Below, piece by piece: positions 10,701 through 20,100 of a stretch of DNA of 44,487 nucleotides (position 1 is the first letter of the stretch; each line of letters starts with the position of its first letter). Location of the stretch: positions 1 to 44,487 of the IMG/VR virus record IMGVR_UViG_3300009678_000079; one strand, given 5' to 3'. The translations under genes and the position numbers were made by a program. Source of the DNA: a virus. Taxonomy: Duplodnaviria; Caudoviricetes. The notes under the pieces were generated by a model that had not been told where the DNA came from, made no database searches, and saw nothing but the letters and a program-made list of their open reading frames with translations.

Positions 10701-12434
10701 TGGCGGCGTGTCTTTGGCGAGCTGAGCGATTTCTTGGTCAGAATAGATCCTGGCCTCCTCAGCCCTTTCAGAAAGCGCAGTCGTGGTTTCCGCCAACTGG
10801 CGAAGCCGCTCGATGGACCTTCCGGTTGCTCTCACCGCAATCGCCTCCGCCGCTCTCCGGTTCAGCTTCACGCCGAGGGTTTCATTGGCCCATGCGGTGA
10901 CGCGGCCCACCAGCCGACCGAACCATGTCCGGTTGTTCCACGCGGAGACCAGCGCCTCCGTGCCGCGCGCATCGAACTCATTCTGCGAGCCTTCAGGGTA
11001 CCCAAGGCGCGTCATTTCCAAGGCGATGTCGCCGCGCTCCTGCGGGGTGAGAACATCGAGAACTTCCCGCAGCGCCCCCGAATCCGAGGCGACGTGCGAA
11101 ACCTCATGCTCGAACTTCTTCTGAATCTCCGCCGCGTTCGGCAGCTTCGCTTGATTTAATTCGATCCTCTGAAAGACATTGTTCTCATCAAAGATCGTCC
11201 GCGCCGCCGGAGCCGCATCCGCAGGATCGTTAACGATGGTTAACCGCTGGGACGGCGCCACGCCGTACGGCCTCAGTGCCGCTTCAATCGTTCGCGTTGC
11301 GGATTCCACCCCGCCGCCCTCAGCGCCCCGAACTTGTACCGGCGCTTGCGCTCCGGGGACCACCGGCGGTACTTCTTGCGTTTGAGCTGTCGATCCAGTT
11401 GTCGTTCCATCTCTATCGGCACTTAGCCCTTTCCGCGCCCGACGCACCCTTGCTCCGAGCGCCTGCGTCAACGTGGAGAGAAGGAAGCCCGCCGCTCCTC
11501 CCGCACCCGCCTGCGGAATGAGATCGTCGGTGAGACTCTTAGCCTCATTGTACAGCCCCTTCTCCACCGCGTTCGACGCGAAATTCTGTGCGGCTTCCTG
11601 AAGCCCTTCCTCGAAGGCTTCCTTGCCGGCCGTGAGCAGGTAGCGCGTAAAGCCACCACCACTGAACCGGTCAAGGCGCCGCAGCATGTTGCTCAGCGGG
11701 ATCGCCTCAGTGGCACCGATGGGCAGGCCGAGTACGCCAGCCTTCAACGCTGTGTCTCGATCTGCCCCGGCATTGATCGCCTTCTCGTACTCCGATTGAA
11801 ATTGCGAAACAGCTCCAAGGGTTCCAATCTCTGCGCCTTCTGAAACCGCAGCAAGAGCCTTCGTTCCGAGAGAAGCTCCTTTCTTTGCCGCCGCCTCAAG
11901 AAGCTCCTGCTCCGCCTTTCTGGTTGCCGCGCTCGTCAGCCCGCGCCTTAGCAGCCTCACTCCGGTGCCGCCCAAAAGAAAGCCCAGCCCACTGCCCGCC
12001 GCCTCCGGCACCTTCGTTGCAATGAAGGACTCCTGAAGTTCCGGCGCCGCCGCTGGAGCAATAGCTTCTCCGACACTCTCAATGAGCTGACCCAGCCGGT
12101 ACGTATCACTGGTCTCTCTTTGGTTTGCGAGGTACTCATCACCAGCCCTACCCACAGCTTCAAGGCCCGGCACGTAGCCGATGCCCTTCATGGTGGCCGC
12201 GCCGATTGCTCCCGCTGCCTTGGGCAACGAAGCAAGCTGCCTGGCGGCACCGATGATTAAGCTCCTCGTCGCCTGATTGTAGTAGTCCTCCAGCCCTGGC
12301 TCGGGAGTGACGGGCGGTGGCGCGGCGGGCCTCTCCGTCAACCGCCGGTACTCGGCAGCGATGTCTTCATCGGCTGTGCCGTCCGGGAACTCCCGTGTTC
12401 CGTAGGGTGCCCCAAAGTCGATGAGTCGCGGCAT
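4728..12434 (-). CDS. Giant internal virion / DNA-ejection protein (2568 aa) with zincin-like HExxH motif and Arg-rich C-terminal tail
   Basis: Last large gene of the virion operon; Gly/Ala-rich N-terminal region with EEGLQEAAQ motif typical of podovirus ejection/polyvalent proteins; HEVSH...NEFDAR; hydrophobic segment near C-terminus; no Cys seen. Confidence 0.75.
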   Translation of the reverse strand: MPRLIDFGAPYGTREFPDGTADEDIAAEYRRLTERPAAPPPVTPEPGLEDYYNQATRSLIIGAARQLASLPKAAGAIGAATMKGIGYVPGLEAVGRAGDEYLANQRETSDTYRLGQLIESVGEAIAPAAAPELQESFIATKVPEAAGSGLGFLLGGTGVRLLRRGLTSAATRKAEQELLEAAAKKGASLGTKALAAVSEGAEIGTLGAVSQFQSEYEKAINAGADRDTALKAGVLGLPIGATEAIPLSNMLRRLDRFSGGGFTRYLLTAGKEAFEEGLQEAAQNFASNAVEKGLYNEAKSLTDDLIPQAGAGGAAGFLLSTLTQALGARVRRARKGLSADRDGTTTGSTAQTQEVPPVVPGAQAPVQVRGAEGGGVESATRTIEAALRPYGVAPSQRLTIVNDPADAAPAARTIFDENNVFQRIELNQAKLPNAAEIQKKFEHEVSHVASDSGALREVLDVLTPQERGDIALEMTRLGYPEGSQNEFDARGTEALVSAWNNRTWFGRLVGRVTAWANETLGVKLNRRAAEAIAVRATGRSIERLRQLAETTTALSERAEEARIYSDQEIAQLAKDTPPRASPSDTSTDFPRFVVWLESPMQTVHGQTKAELKANLKAANNQRIATEAVASGSQLRLGVIPRWVGDTLRQRLTEADAQGAPFKVDINDEWNRLTPEERQQLLSLGWSVSPDRNNRVLIGHTTDVGPNRLRERVRLANRRVEEAKAEPLPAPIQGVQVAGAAAQLGRVAEEAYSKREAAGTQLERLAYERRQYKAARAELRRLTELATGRLFQEGLSLEDNPAMFPDPDEGVGIVDGGVVVGDEFLNKLLVGGEAPNPENTKAMQGEVYFEKEAHRLKNLRGQIDLLQRAITYYEALGVEEAEIAKIQDRINKLSAQATVLSEAQWNGKTMGERTNEIEAAEAQRPGLIAQRQALGLGPVSEFFGRQVGGYRGFLEKALQGHAISEALKASATNPEELARLTEEAKGWLTLPEDVRQAILSGKDLTDEQRASAFARLGEAFEDFDIQREMMVALRDSRSTEINKGVARLTSAIADTKVKEGMAEVLIADVLAALDGESGGTGTLQSQATAQVLKERVTAIRNFALKLGSNLETNGALFDWLTNPTAPTPVVNAQQAAALGVDVNTLAMILAEVKKSPAFGSAVVTLVNSADKKLANLPIVQLEQIQSLLQQGETEAANAAAQAMIVNAKQRASLAASSQRQNLRELEALDIERQALDEGVAMFNELAASPEYRQLRDAVSNSKWGLTDPMDVANNTSRTLRAFGAKGLPSHPELKLGAGDSPALKAEDNLRIWKWRRAAQEHLDAYDAAAALYESDPQNNPSPSSLGFDLPTIRGLRNAVSRSVAGSALELSVQDPGSRWKVPWLVRVMNKASWFRQHDFVAKMVGGNVGVDLRSRLGDWINHFLIARSVSQKYRDVPALRHAAMKSHPEVQMNQALYREFWNELAHWGRIFGSPLRVGFVLPGSGRAVTAEDLALLKRETEYEEDLRRNVTETTPVLGVRVRKGTRDLVRPGAYVGDLGLPRHLNRKAIAFIARVLSAYGDGGGFDVSTDLGVSSANPVVQFWNQRTKQLTQHVLDSTRQDRAMRLDPMMAQAERTAAADWMVNGVPPIQSVDELVTELVKHFPSAPGLNIREQVVKGLNNELMQYRDAAARIESDKAEKDAARTSKVQISFTADNEFTRPAANLELPSELYDYGALTDTDHILIQSRANHERIVAYATAVQRARAELQQRLEDHRNGEMTEKEAFFGGTVEEAKQVLGLLEKIQNDFENAYKMGSPALTQGGWFREATGLLTSAVLALPTVNLRNMVQGQTEVYAMSRAMGIGGERMMFGQALLQMPKTLIRYALHIGHGLAKRADLGQAFLTGQNYDIFKKLVETIAGILGNRDFRASADRVHELGFDTRDGFLERMRRIWQASAESTQVEELGKTKLLGRQVGKLLGVPHSALRALFDTIGVQESDLTINAALLTYATMLEKRLQEVAINYGAERERQGLMTFDPTNPAWMLKPDEWSAFKGEQANRDSLGLFRLFMEQAASAEGFQLEKNLWEYYQKAKAGPARLFTDRQFDAMQRGLLAQFNASTPANRSSAAAGNNVIRNLLTLQGYVSDGMLKLINVFMGGSRDRTAIATIMAKLPVLGGLALMSVLIGYVVGALTGEWEKRVRGRAPSLPTPLDGDFYTSLKRWGDGTARLSLAQLFYLGDLILAIRGEVSGNRGFDPVGRVFPISIAQRALGALRGMFVTQGSVRDKLTPWADMGRSLVPWVTELENAFGQSVGAIKQGQRIIMGEAQVQDLLPERRAQPFTGPQYGPTTVVRRNLTDAVSRFWEKQQAGDSAGAAQALENAKVELKKLEDYYTAKYVKGGATPEAAVYKARQDLWRDYQELNPAVAGMLGKRPTKAEWDSIRGAITGDRAKAVDAGIAAWQAGARELFGRAAPITREDVAASRGGGGGFRGGLAGVPSMIPRGRRIGVGGIRGVGGVRPVSFRRPRISAGRVPSVRVPGLRRRRIGVGRIRRPRLRRLAGPRIRTPRISPGRRRLGLARRRRRRQAAGV

Positions 12435-12440
12435 GGCGCA

Positions 12441-13547
12441 TTAGTATTGAGGCGCAAAGACCGGTGGTGCAAGTAGCTCTTCAAGGGCCGGGTCGATGGC
12501 TGGCGGGACTGCGAATCGAGGGCGAGAATAATCGTACTCCGGCCCGCTGTAGTCCAGTGGCGCCAGCACGCCCCGATTGCCAAGCATTCCCGGCGGAAGC
12601 ATCCCTCCCATCCCGGCTGCCGCCCCGCCCGCACCCGGCGCAAGCGAAGGAACGAAGAAAGGCGTCCGCGATGCCGCCATAGATCGTCCTTCGGCCAACG
12701 GATCGCCAGCGCCGCGCATCATCAAGCGCATCATTCCGGGCACAGTTCTGTCCCGGTCAAAACCCTGGATCAACCAATCCTCGGCCGTCTTTCCAAGCGA
12801 CGAGGCGATGAAGCCCGGCAGGCGGGAGAGCACCGCGCCGATAGGCTCGGCTCCAAGTCCAGCTCCCGGCGCCGCCGCACCTGGTTCCGCATCCTCCCTC
12901 GGCGCAATCAGCAGGCTCTGAAGCCGATTATCGGGACCGACAATAAGGTTCCCCGAAAAAGCACTTCTCCTGCGAAGGGTGTCCGCCGTGAGCTTCGTGT
13001 TGGGCTTGGTTGGATCATCCTGGCCGATTAAGGCGTTGAGCCTATTAATCTCGGAGTTGATCAACCCATAGTTATGCTTCAGCTCAGCGAACCTCCGGTC
13101 CCTGGCCTCCACGAGGAGGGTCTTGTGCTGGGGTAGAAGATCTCCAATCCGCGCCTTTAACTCGGAGCCCGTCGGTAAGCTTCGCCCATCCGCCTTCTCG
13201 ATCTCTCGCAACAACGCGGAGTACTGTTCCCGCTGTTCCGCTTCCTTGCGCCGAGCTGAGTCCGTCGTCGTCCTCGATGCCTCCGCCTCCCGATTGAACT
13301 TCAGGCTCTCGTCGAATTGCCGACGGTTCTCAGCAGTGGCGCCTTCCTGCCTGCGGATGTCTCCCTCCCGTACCGCTCGGCGCTCTTCGCGATCTGCTGC
13401 CGCCTGTCGCTGACGCGAAAGCTCAGCCAACGTCTGGGTCATTTGCTGGGCACGGGCCGCATCGGCTGCCGCCTGCACCTGAGCCATATTCACCACCTGC
13501 GCCTGAAGCGCCGGATCGGCGAACGTGAAATTTGGATTGATGGCCAT
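12441..13547 (-). CDS. Probable internal virion / ejection protein (368 aa)
   Basis: Position before the giant protein; Q/A/R/E coiled coil with ENRRQFDE motif; Cys-free. Confidence 0.65.
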   Translation of the reverse strand: MAINPNFTFADPALQAQVVNMAQVQAAADAARAQQMTQTLAELSRQRQAAADREERRAVREGDIRRQEGATAENRRQFDESLKFNREAEASRTTTDSARRKEAEQREQYSALLREIEKADGRSLPTGSELKARIGDLLPQHKTLLVEARDRRFAELKHNYGLINSEINRLNALIGQDDPTKPNTKLTADTLRRRSAFSGNLIVGPDNRLQSLLIAPREDAEPGAAAPGAGLGAEPIGAVLSRLPGFIASSLGKTAEDWLIQGFDRDRTVPGMMRLMMRGAGDPLAEGRSMAASRTPFFVPSLAPGAGGAAAGMGGMLPPGMLGNRGVLAPLDYSGPEYDYSRPRFAVPPAIDPALEELLAPPVFAPQY

Positions 13548-14480
13548 TTACTGCGGCCCTCTTTCGTAGAAGTCGGGCGAGTATCCACCGCCTGCCCCGG
13601 GCGCAGCAGCGGCAGCAGCGCCTCCGCCCCCCATCATCCCACCAATCCCACCAATGCCACCAGCTCCACCACCGTAAAGCTGGGCGTAGATCGCGGCGGC
13701 ATCCTTGACCGTGTTCCAAACCCCTTGACCGGCCCTTGCGAAACGATCCGCCACATTGATCGGCTGATGAAACCCGTAGATGTTCGCCCGGCTCGCCGCC
13801 CCGTAATCCAGTGGAATGCCCGTGGCTGAGCGGGTCAAATCAATCCCTGCCTGCATCGGTATCAACGGCGCCACGTCCAGCTCCCGGTACCCACGTTGAA
13901 TCTGCGGAATCGCCCCCGCCGCCAGCATTTCATCGGTCACGCCTGCGTCCCGGAGCTGCTGGAAGATCTGCGGGAGGCGACCGTACACATCCCGTGCCAC
14001 ATCGTAGTACCGACCACTGGCGATCCTCGCGTTGCGCAGCCGCTCTGCCGTGGAGTCGAAGGTTGATCCGCCAAGCCCTCTGGCTCTACGCGCGACGAGA
14101 TTCTGGTTCACGTCGAACCGCGCTAGTGGGTTAATGACATTCGGATCGATGAAGCTGAAGAGGGTATTCCCCGTCTCCCGAAGCTGCTGCTGTGGATCGC
14201 TGGCCAGCCTGCGCTGAAGGAGTGTTCGTAGGATATTCTCCTGCTCTCCCTGTAGACCACGCTGACGCTCTGTGCCCTCCTCAAATCCGCTATAGAAGCC
14301 CGGCAGCGAAGACCGGATGTTCCTCAACACGTCCTTGCCAATCCCGCGAACCCCGGTCAGAAGATCTTTGGCCCCCTGGTAGTACTTCGGCTTGGGTGCT
14401 GCGTTGCTGCCAAACAGGCCGCCGACGATGGAGCCGATACCCCCGCTACTGGCCCCGCTGTCAAGAGTCGCATTTGGCAT
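13548..14480 (-). CDS. Probable internal virion / pilot (ejection) protein (310 aa)
   Basis: Start reassigned to ATG 14480 with GAGGAG upstream; GGIGSIVGGLFGS N-terminus and Gly-rich C-terminus typical of DNA-transfer proteins; Cys-free. Confidence 0.65.
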   Translation of the reverse strand: MPNATLDSGASSGGIGSIVGGLFGSNAAPKPKYYQGAKDLLTGVRGIGKDVLRNIRSSLPGFYSGFEEGTERQRGLQGEQENILRTLLQRRLASDPQQQLRETGNTLFSFIDPNVINPLARFDVNQNLVARRARGLGGSTFDSTAERLRNARIASGRYYDVARDVYGRLPQIFQQLRDAGVTDEMLAAGAIPQIQRGYRELDVAPLIPMQAGIDLTRSATGIPLDYGAASRANIYGFHQPINVADRFARAGQGVWNTVKDAAAIYAQLYGGGAGGIGGIGGMMGGGGAAAAAAPGAGGGYSPDFYERGPQ

Positions 14481-15243
14481 ATCTCGCACTCTCCTCGGGT
14501 GCCGCCGATTTGCAAGAGGATTCCATGGCGGCTCGCTCCTCCTCCCAGATGTCATCCAGTGGCCCGCCCTTCCAATCCGGGAACCACTTTCCACCCATCG
14601 TGAAATGCAGGATGCCGCTCAGAGCCTCTGAGTCCGGCTCATTCACACCCACCAGATGGTTCCACTTCTTAGGCAGCTCACCGATTTCGTAGTCGTGAAG
14701 CCACTTGAAGGCGTGGAGGTCTCGGCCCGGCCAAGTGTTCAGTGCCTTCAGGGTTAGCTTCGAGTTCCCACAGCAATGCCGGTCGCAGTTGTATAAACAC
14801 AGGCTGCTCCAGTTTTTTCTCGCATAGAACGTCTGGAGCTGCCCGTCCATCTTGGTCTCGCCCTCCTTGACCTCCTGCTGGTGCTTCACGCACATCACTG
14901 AGTAGCTTGGATTCGCCAGCGCGAAGAGTTCCCGCATATCGCCGAGACAGATTACGTCGCTGTCGATGAACAATCCCCATCCATGGTCCTGAAGAAATGG
15001 AACACAGAACCGCGAGATGGCAAACTCCGTGGCCATGGGCGCCTTCGATATAGGGCACCACATCTTCCCATCCTTGCGCTCGATTGGTCGCGTGAGAACC
15101 GCCTTCACCGCCTCATTCTCCAGGCTCAGCGGAATGACGTGAACCTCCCTCGGGTCGGTCCTGCTCAGGATCGAATGCTTCGCCACCCGATACGCCAAAT
15201 CCTCCCTCGGGTCGTAGCCCATCCAAATGGTGTAGGTTTTCAT
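14461..15243 (-). CDS. Glycosyltransferase, GT8-like / plant CDI-like family
   Basis: WMGYDPRE, TEFAISRF, LFIDSD (DxD), RKNWSS, WNHLVG, HFTMGG motifs. Confidence 0.85.
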   Translation of the reverse strand: MKTYTIWMGYDPREDLAYRVAKHSILSRTDPREVHVIPLSLENEAVKAVLTRPIERKDGKMWCPISKAPMATEFAISRFCVPFLQDHGWGLFIDSDVICLGDMRELFALANPSYSVMCVKHQQEVKEGETKMDGQLQTFYARKNWSSLCLYNCDRHCCGNSKLTLKALNTWPGRDLHAFKWLHDYEIGELPKKWNHLVGVNEPDSEALSGILHFTMGGKWFPDWKGGPLDDIWEEERAAMESSCKSAAPEESARYAKCDS

Positions 15244-15245
15244 CG

Positions 15246-15521
15246 TTAATCCGGGTCTCCTGTCACCGTGCCCGCCGGCAGCTTTCCATCCGTCACGAGC
15301 TGCTCCAGGATTCGCTTCTGCAAAGAGTTCGTTGTGAGGTTCGCCTTGTTCAAGGCGATCATCAGCGACGTAGCCGTGGCGCCCGTATAGCCGGCGGTCA
15401 CGGTGTCGCCCTGTGTATCCTTGACGACAACGTGAATCTTCGCCTCATCCCAGTTGAGCTTGAGTATCGACACCCGGTAGTCCGTCACGGACTGCGGGGT
15501 GGTTAGTGTTAATGCTTCCAT
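15246..15521 (-). CDS. Hypothetical protein (91 aa), possibly fibre-associated
   Basis: Co-oriented, good ORF, downstream of the fibre gene; overlaps the 3' end of the upstream gene by 77 nt. Confidence 0.65.
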   Translation of the reverse strand: MEALTLTTPQSVTDYRVSILKLNWDEAKIHVVVKDTQGDTVTAGYTGATATSLMIALNKANLTTNSLQKRILEQLVTDGKLPAGTVTGDPD

Positions 15522-16893
15522 GTGGTTTTGGGTTCGGATTTTGGTTTACTTTTTCTTTCTTCGCGACGACGACGTAGAGCAACGGCGGCATCTCCTTAAT
15601 CGAATCCTTGGCCACCGTGAAGAACTTTTTAAGAATCTTGTGCCACCAGTGAGACGGACGTTGCAGCACATGGGAGTTACGGCCGTCCGCGAGTGTTTTA
15701 GTACTGGGGCCTGTGTGAATCACGAAGTAGGCCACTTTTAACGTGCAGCGCGCGATGTCTTTCAGCACCCAGCCCAGCTTATCTGGCTCAATGTGCTCCA
15801 TTACGTCGGTGCAAACCACCACATCTGCCGGACGCGGAGACGCCTCCTTTCCAGGGATTGCCGGATCGTACTCGAAGATTCCAAACGGAAGCTCGCGCTG
15901 TAGTTGGGATTTACCACAGCCGTAATCTAACACGCAAGTCGTGCCGAGCGCCTTGCAAAGCTGCATCACTGTCTTGGCGTGCCGCGCGCCGCCGATCCCG
16001 TAGAGCGGGTTCTCCTGGTGTAACTTCGCATTGAGTTCCCGGTACCCAGCCGAGATGAGCGTCGGCTTGTCCAGCGCGATAAACATCTTCTTGCTTTCTG
16101 GCAACTCCTTCTTCTTGTAATCCTTGGCCATGGCCTGGACCAGACCTTCTCCATAGAACGTGGCCTTCACGTCCTTCAAGGTATCCAGCTCGTGCCACGT
16201 ATTCCTTGCCGCTTCTAGTATTGAAGGCGTCGTCCGGTAGCGCACCCCGTTATACTCAGTCTCGAACACCTTCTTCTTCGAGGCATCGTGCGGATGCTCT
16301 GCCGCGTGAGAACCTTCATCGCTAAAACTCCCGTCCATGCCGAAGATATGAAGGTCAGTGAATCCAAGGAATCTAGCGAGCGTCATTGTTCGTACCCCTA
16401 CCGAGCAGCCGCCGCAAATCATCCATTCACCGGGCGGTAGGATTCGGTAGCCTTCCTCGGCATTGTCGAAGATGTGCCACAGCTTTACAGTGCATCCCGC
16501 GTCTTGTAGGTAGTTCACTAGCTGCGGATGGCACGTCGAGGCGATGAGGTACTCACAGCCTTTCTGCGGCTCGCCAATGAGTTTGATCTTGTGCTCGCGG
16601 GGATCAACGTCAATGTGCCACGTCGGAACAATCCCATGATCCACAAGAAACTTGTGGGAGCCCGAGCAGCTCATCACGTACTTGAACTCTTTGATTTTCT
16701 CCCAAGTGTGCTTCAGCGACGGGCCAAAAGAGACGCAGGCGATGGGTTCCGCACGAACTTCTTTTGCCGCTTCTATGCGCCCCTTGCACTTGGAGATGTT
16801 GATTTTGATCTGCTCGAATTTAAGGAACGCGGGTATGCAGTACTGCACGTTCTGCTTTGCGTTGATGTCCAGCGTTTTTACCGGCTCAGTCAT
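15445..16893 (-). CDS. Fusion of a DUF115 / MAF (MptE-like) domain and a class I SAM methyltransferase
   Basis: N-half: VSFGPSLK, GIVPTWHIDVDPR, LIASTCHP, GGCSVG, LGFTDLHIFGMDGS; C-half: VLDYGCGK, YDPAI, DVVVCTDVMEHIEP. Confidence 0.8.
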   Translation of the reverse strand: MTEPVKTLDINAKQNVQYCIPAFLKFEQIKINISKCKGRIEAAKEVRAEPIACVSFGPSLKHTWEKIKEFKYVMSCSGSHKFLVDHGIVPTWHIDVDPREHKIKLIGEPQKGCEYLIASTCHPQLVNYLQDAGCTVKLWHIFDNAEEGYRILPPGEWMICGGCSVGVRTMTLARFLGFTDLHIFGMDGSFSDEGSHAAEHPHDASKKKVFETEYNGVRYRTTPSILEAARNTWHELDTLKDVKATFYGEGLVQAMAKDYKKKELPESKKMFIALDKPTLISAGYRELNAKLHQENPLYGIGGARHAKTVMQLCKALGTTCVLDYGCGKSQLQRELPFGIFEYDPAIPGKEASPRPADVVVCTDVMEHIEPDKLGWVLKDIARCTLKVAYFVIHTGPSTKTLADGRNSHVLQRPSHWWHKILKKFFTVAKDSIKEMPPLLYVVVAKKEKVNQNPNPKPHGSINTNHPAVRDGLPGVDTQAQLG

Positions 16894-17152
16894 AGAGATC
16901 GACCGTATCCACTACTGGTGTGAACGTAATGCCGTGGCCTTCCATGCTGGATTTGACAGCAGCTTTGATAGCAGACTTCATCCCGGCGAGATCGCCTGCG
17001 GCAAGGCCGGCCACGTTGAAATTATAGTCTGTAGCTCCGACATCGCCGGTGTCACTTCCAAGAATAACGACACGGACGTTCAGATCGACTTTCGTATTGT
17101 CAGATCCGTTCTGTGAACTGTCCTGAACAAGAGCAAATGCTTTGACTGCCAT
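16886..17152 (-). CDS. Hypothetical protein (88 aa), possible fibre chaperone or accessory protein
   Basis: Start reassigned to ATG 17152; directly follows the fibre gene and overlaps the next start. Confidence 0.65.
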   Translation of the reverse strand: MAVKAFALVQDSSQNGSDNTKVDLNVRVVILGSDTGDVGATDYNFNVAGLAAGDLAGMKSAIKAAVKSSMEGHGITFTPVVDTVDLYD

Positions 17153-17166
17153 AGGTTTTCTTTCGT

Positions 17167-20100
17167 TTAACTGAGTTTGAACACCCGCATCCATGAGCCT
17201 CGCGCGATTGTGACTGCATTTGTGGCTACACTCGCTCGCGCCCCTGGAACAATTACTCCACCAGTCGAAACCAAGAACGTGCCTGCGATGTGAACGACGT
17301 GAAGCCCTGCTGTGCCTGTAGCATCACAAGACCAAACGATGCTGCCAGAATCACCACCATCAAATGCACCTGGCACGTAGAGCGAAAAACCTGATACAGC
17401 ACTTGTAGGATTCACAGACCTCACACCCCAGATGTCTCCGGCTGCATTAGTCATCGCTGGAAACGTCAACCCGAATCCGTTGCCTGTTGCGGCGCTCACA
17501 CTGTACATGATTTGCCCCCGCAATTCGTAGAGGACTCCAGTACTCACCGAAACCGTCATGCCGCTGATGTTCGTCAGGGCAGCGGCGCAGATGACTTGAG
17601 CGACGCTCACGAATGCCACTGCATTCACGCTCCCGGCCCCAGGTATCGCGCTAATGCGGTTCGACAAGGCGTTGATGACGCTTTGAAGGCCGACGGCAGT
17701 TCCGGCTCCAGAAACCGTGGACACAAGGCTGACGATGGAGGCAAGGTGGCTGACTGTGGATTGCAGAGACGTGACATTCGCTGAAATCGCAGCACGCACA
17801 GAGGCCTCGTTGGAAGCTGTATTCGAGAGCGCATCTAGGGCCGATTGAAGCCCCTGTACGGAAGCCCCAACTGAGGCAGCAGACACGGCATCCAGGCGTG
17901 CGTTGATGCTTGTCGCCCTTGAATTGACAGAAGTTGCCGCAGCCGAGGCGATTTGCACGAGCGAGGCCAGTTCAGCGCTCACCGAAACCACCCTGGCGCT
18001 GACTACGTTAATCGCCGAATTCGCCTGCGCCGAGACCGCAGAAAGCTCGGTTGATGTAACGCTCCCCGTGCCGCCCACCACCGCCGATATTCGATTGCTC
18101 AGCGCGTTAATGATGCTCTGCAACCCGTGCGTGGATGCTCCCCCGGCGGACAACGCGGACACACCGGAGAGCGCCGTGTTAATGGATGTTACTTGGGTTG
18201 AGAGGACGGAGACAGTTTGCGACAGAATTGAAATCTTGTCGGATAGATTCTGATCGACTGGATACCCACCAACCTGAAGCAGCAGTGTTCTCGTATCCAG
18301 CGCGACCCCAATTCTTGTTATACCAAAATTCCCGGTGGTATGGGCTGTGCCAATTACCCCAACGCCGGTCACGTTATAGATACCTCCAATGGTAAATGCG
18401 CTGGCACCTGATGCGATAGATCGAGTTTGCGCTGAGGTAAACGGCATCGTTCCTCGATATTGGACACGGCCAACAGCCGACACGGCAATAGCCGCATCGG
18501 CCACCAAACCGAATGCCTGAGCTGAAGCTGAGTCCCATGGCGAAACCCTGGAGCGCCTCATAGTATTCGCGCTTGTGAACACTATCACCGGCATCCCGTA
18601 CACCAGCGACACCGTATCTACATTCTGCAACGAGATGAAATGATCCGCGCTCAGGTTCGCCGCCGCAGTAGCAGAAATCGCCGATGCCTCCGTGCTCGTG
18701 ACGCTGGCCGCCCCGGCCACGACCGCCGAGATTCGGTTCGATAAAGCATTCACCACGCTCTGAAGGCCATGCGTCGAGATGCCGCCCACGGAAAGGGCGG
18801 AAATGCCGGAGATGAACACGTTAACGGAGTTAACCCTGGCATCGACGCTTGTGGCCGCTGCGGAGGCCGTGTTGGCGTGCGCATCTGCGGACGTTGCGGC
18901 GGCGCTCGCGATCTGCACCAACGAGGCTAACTCAGCACTGACAGAGACCACCCTTGCACTGACAACATTGATTGCTGAGGCGGCCTGGGCGGAGGCCGCA
19001 GAGAGTTCATTACTTGTAACGCTCCCCCCGGTGACAGCATCAATTCGTCCACTCAGGGCGTTGACGACGCTTTGAAAACCGTGCGTCGAAACATTGCCTG
19101 CGGAACGCGCCGAGATCCCCGAGATGAATGCGTTGACTGAAGTCACCCTTCCGTCCACGGAGGTCGCTGCCGCACTGGCAGTATTCGCATGAGCGTCAGC
19201 ACTCGTGGCGGCGGCGGAAGCCGTGTTCGCATGTCCGTCTGCTGAAGTGGCTGCCGCCGAGGCCGTGTTGGCATGGCCGTCAGCCGAAGTCGCAGCCGCG
19301 CTGGCAATCTGGACCAAGCTGACGAGTTCAGCCGACACCGACACCACCCTCGCTGAGACAGTATTGACATGAGCATTAACGGACGTAGCCGCCGCCGAAG
19401 CTGTGGATGCGTGGACATCCGCAATCGACGCCGCATTGCTTACGAAGTTTATCTTTCCGCTTAAAGCATTGACTGCACTCTGAAGCCCTTTAACCGAACT
19501 GCCGTCCGTGGAAAGCGCCGAAATGGAAGCCAAGAATGGCCCAAAGTCATCCACCAAGCCGGGGTTGACTAACATCTTGGTCGGGGCAATAGCCGTGCCG
19601 ACTGGCCTTATAAAGCCGCTTACCGGTGGAGTAACGGTCAGCTTTCCGGCGATGTTTACGTAGTACTTGGACCCCGTAGTTAAGCCGCCAGTCTGTCCCG
19701 TTGTATCATCCCATTGCGCAGAGGTTAATGAGAGTACACCACGAGTCTGCACCACCCCAACGGAGCCTATACCGATCAGCGATGTAGCCAACCCAACCGC
19801 ATCCTGGTCTCCCGGGTTCCCCACGTTCGTTGCAAGATGGAATGCGCTGGTTGCTGATGCTACCAGGAACACTGGTCCACCAGCACTTACGGCGGCATTG
19901 TCTTCATTGGTGAGATTCAGAAACTTCAACCCCTCAACGGCGGCGGAAAGCTCTGTCGATGTGACGCTGCCTGTACCGCCGGTCACACCAGAGATCCGAT
20001 TCGACAGCGCGTTGAATGCGCTCTGAAGGCCATGAGTGGAAACGTCCCCAACCGACCTCACTGAGATGCTGGCCAGGGCCGCGCTCAGTGAGGCAATCCT

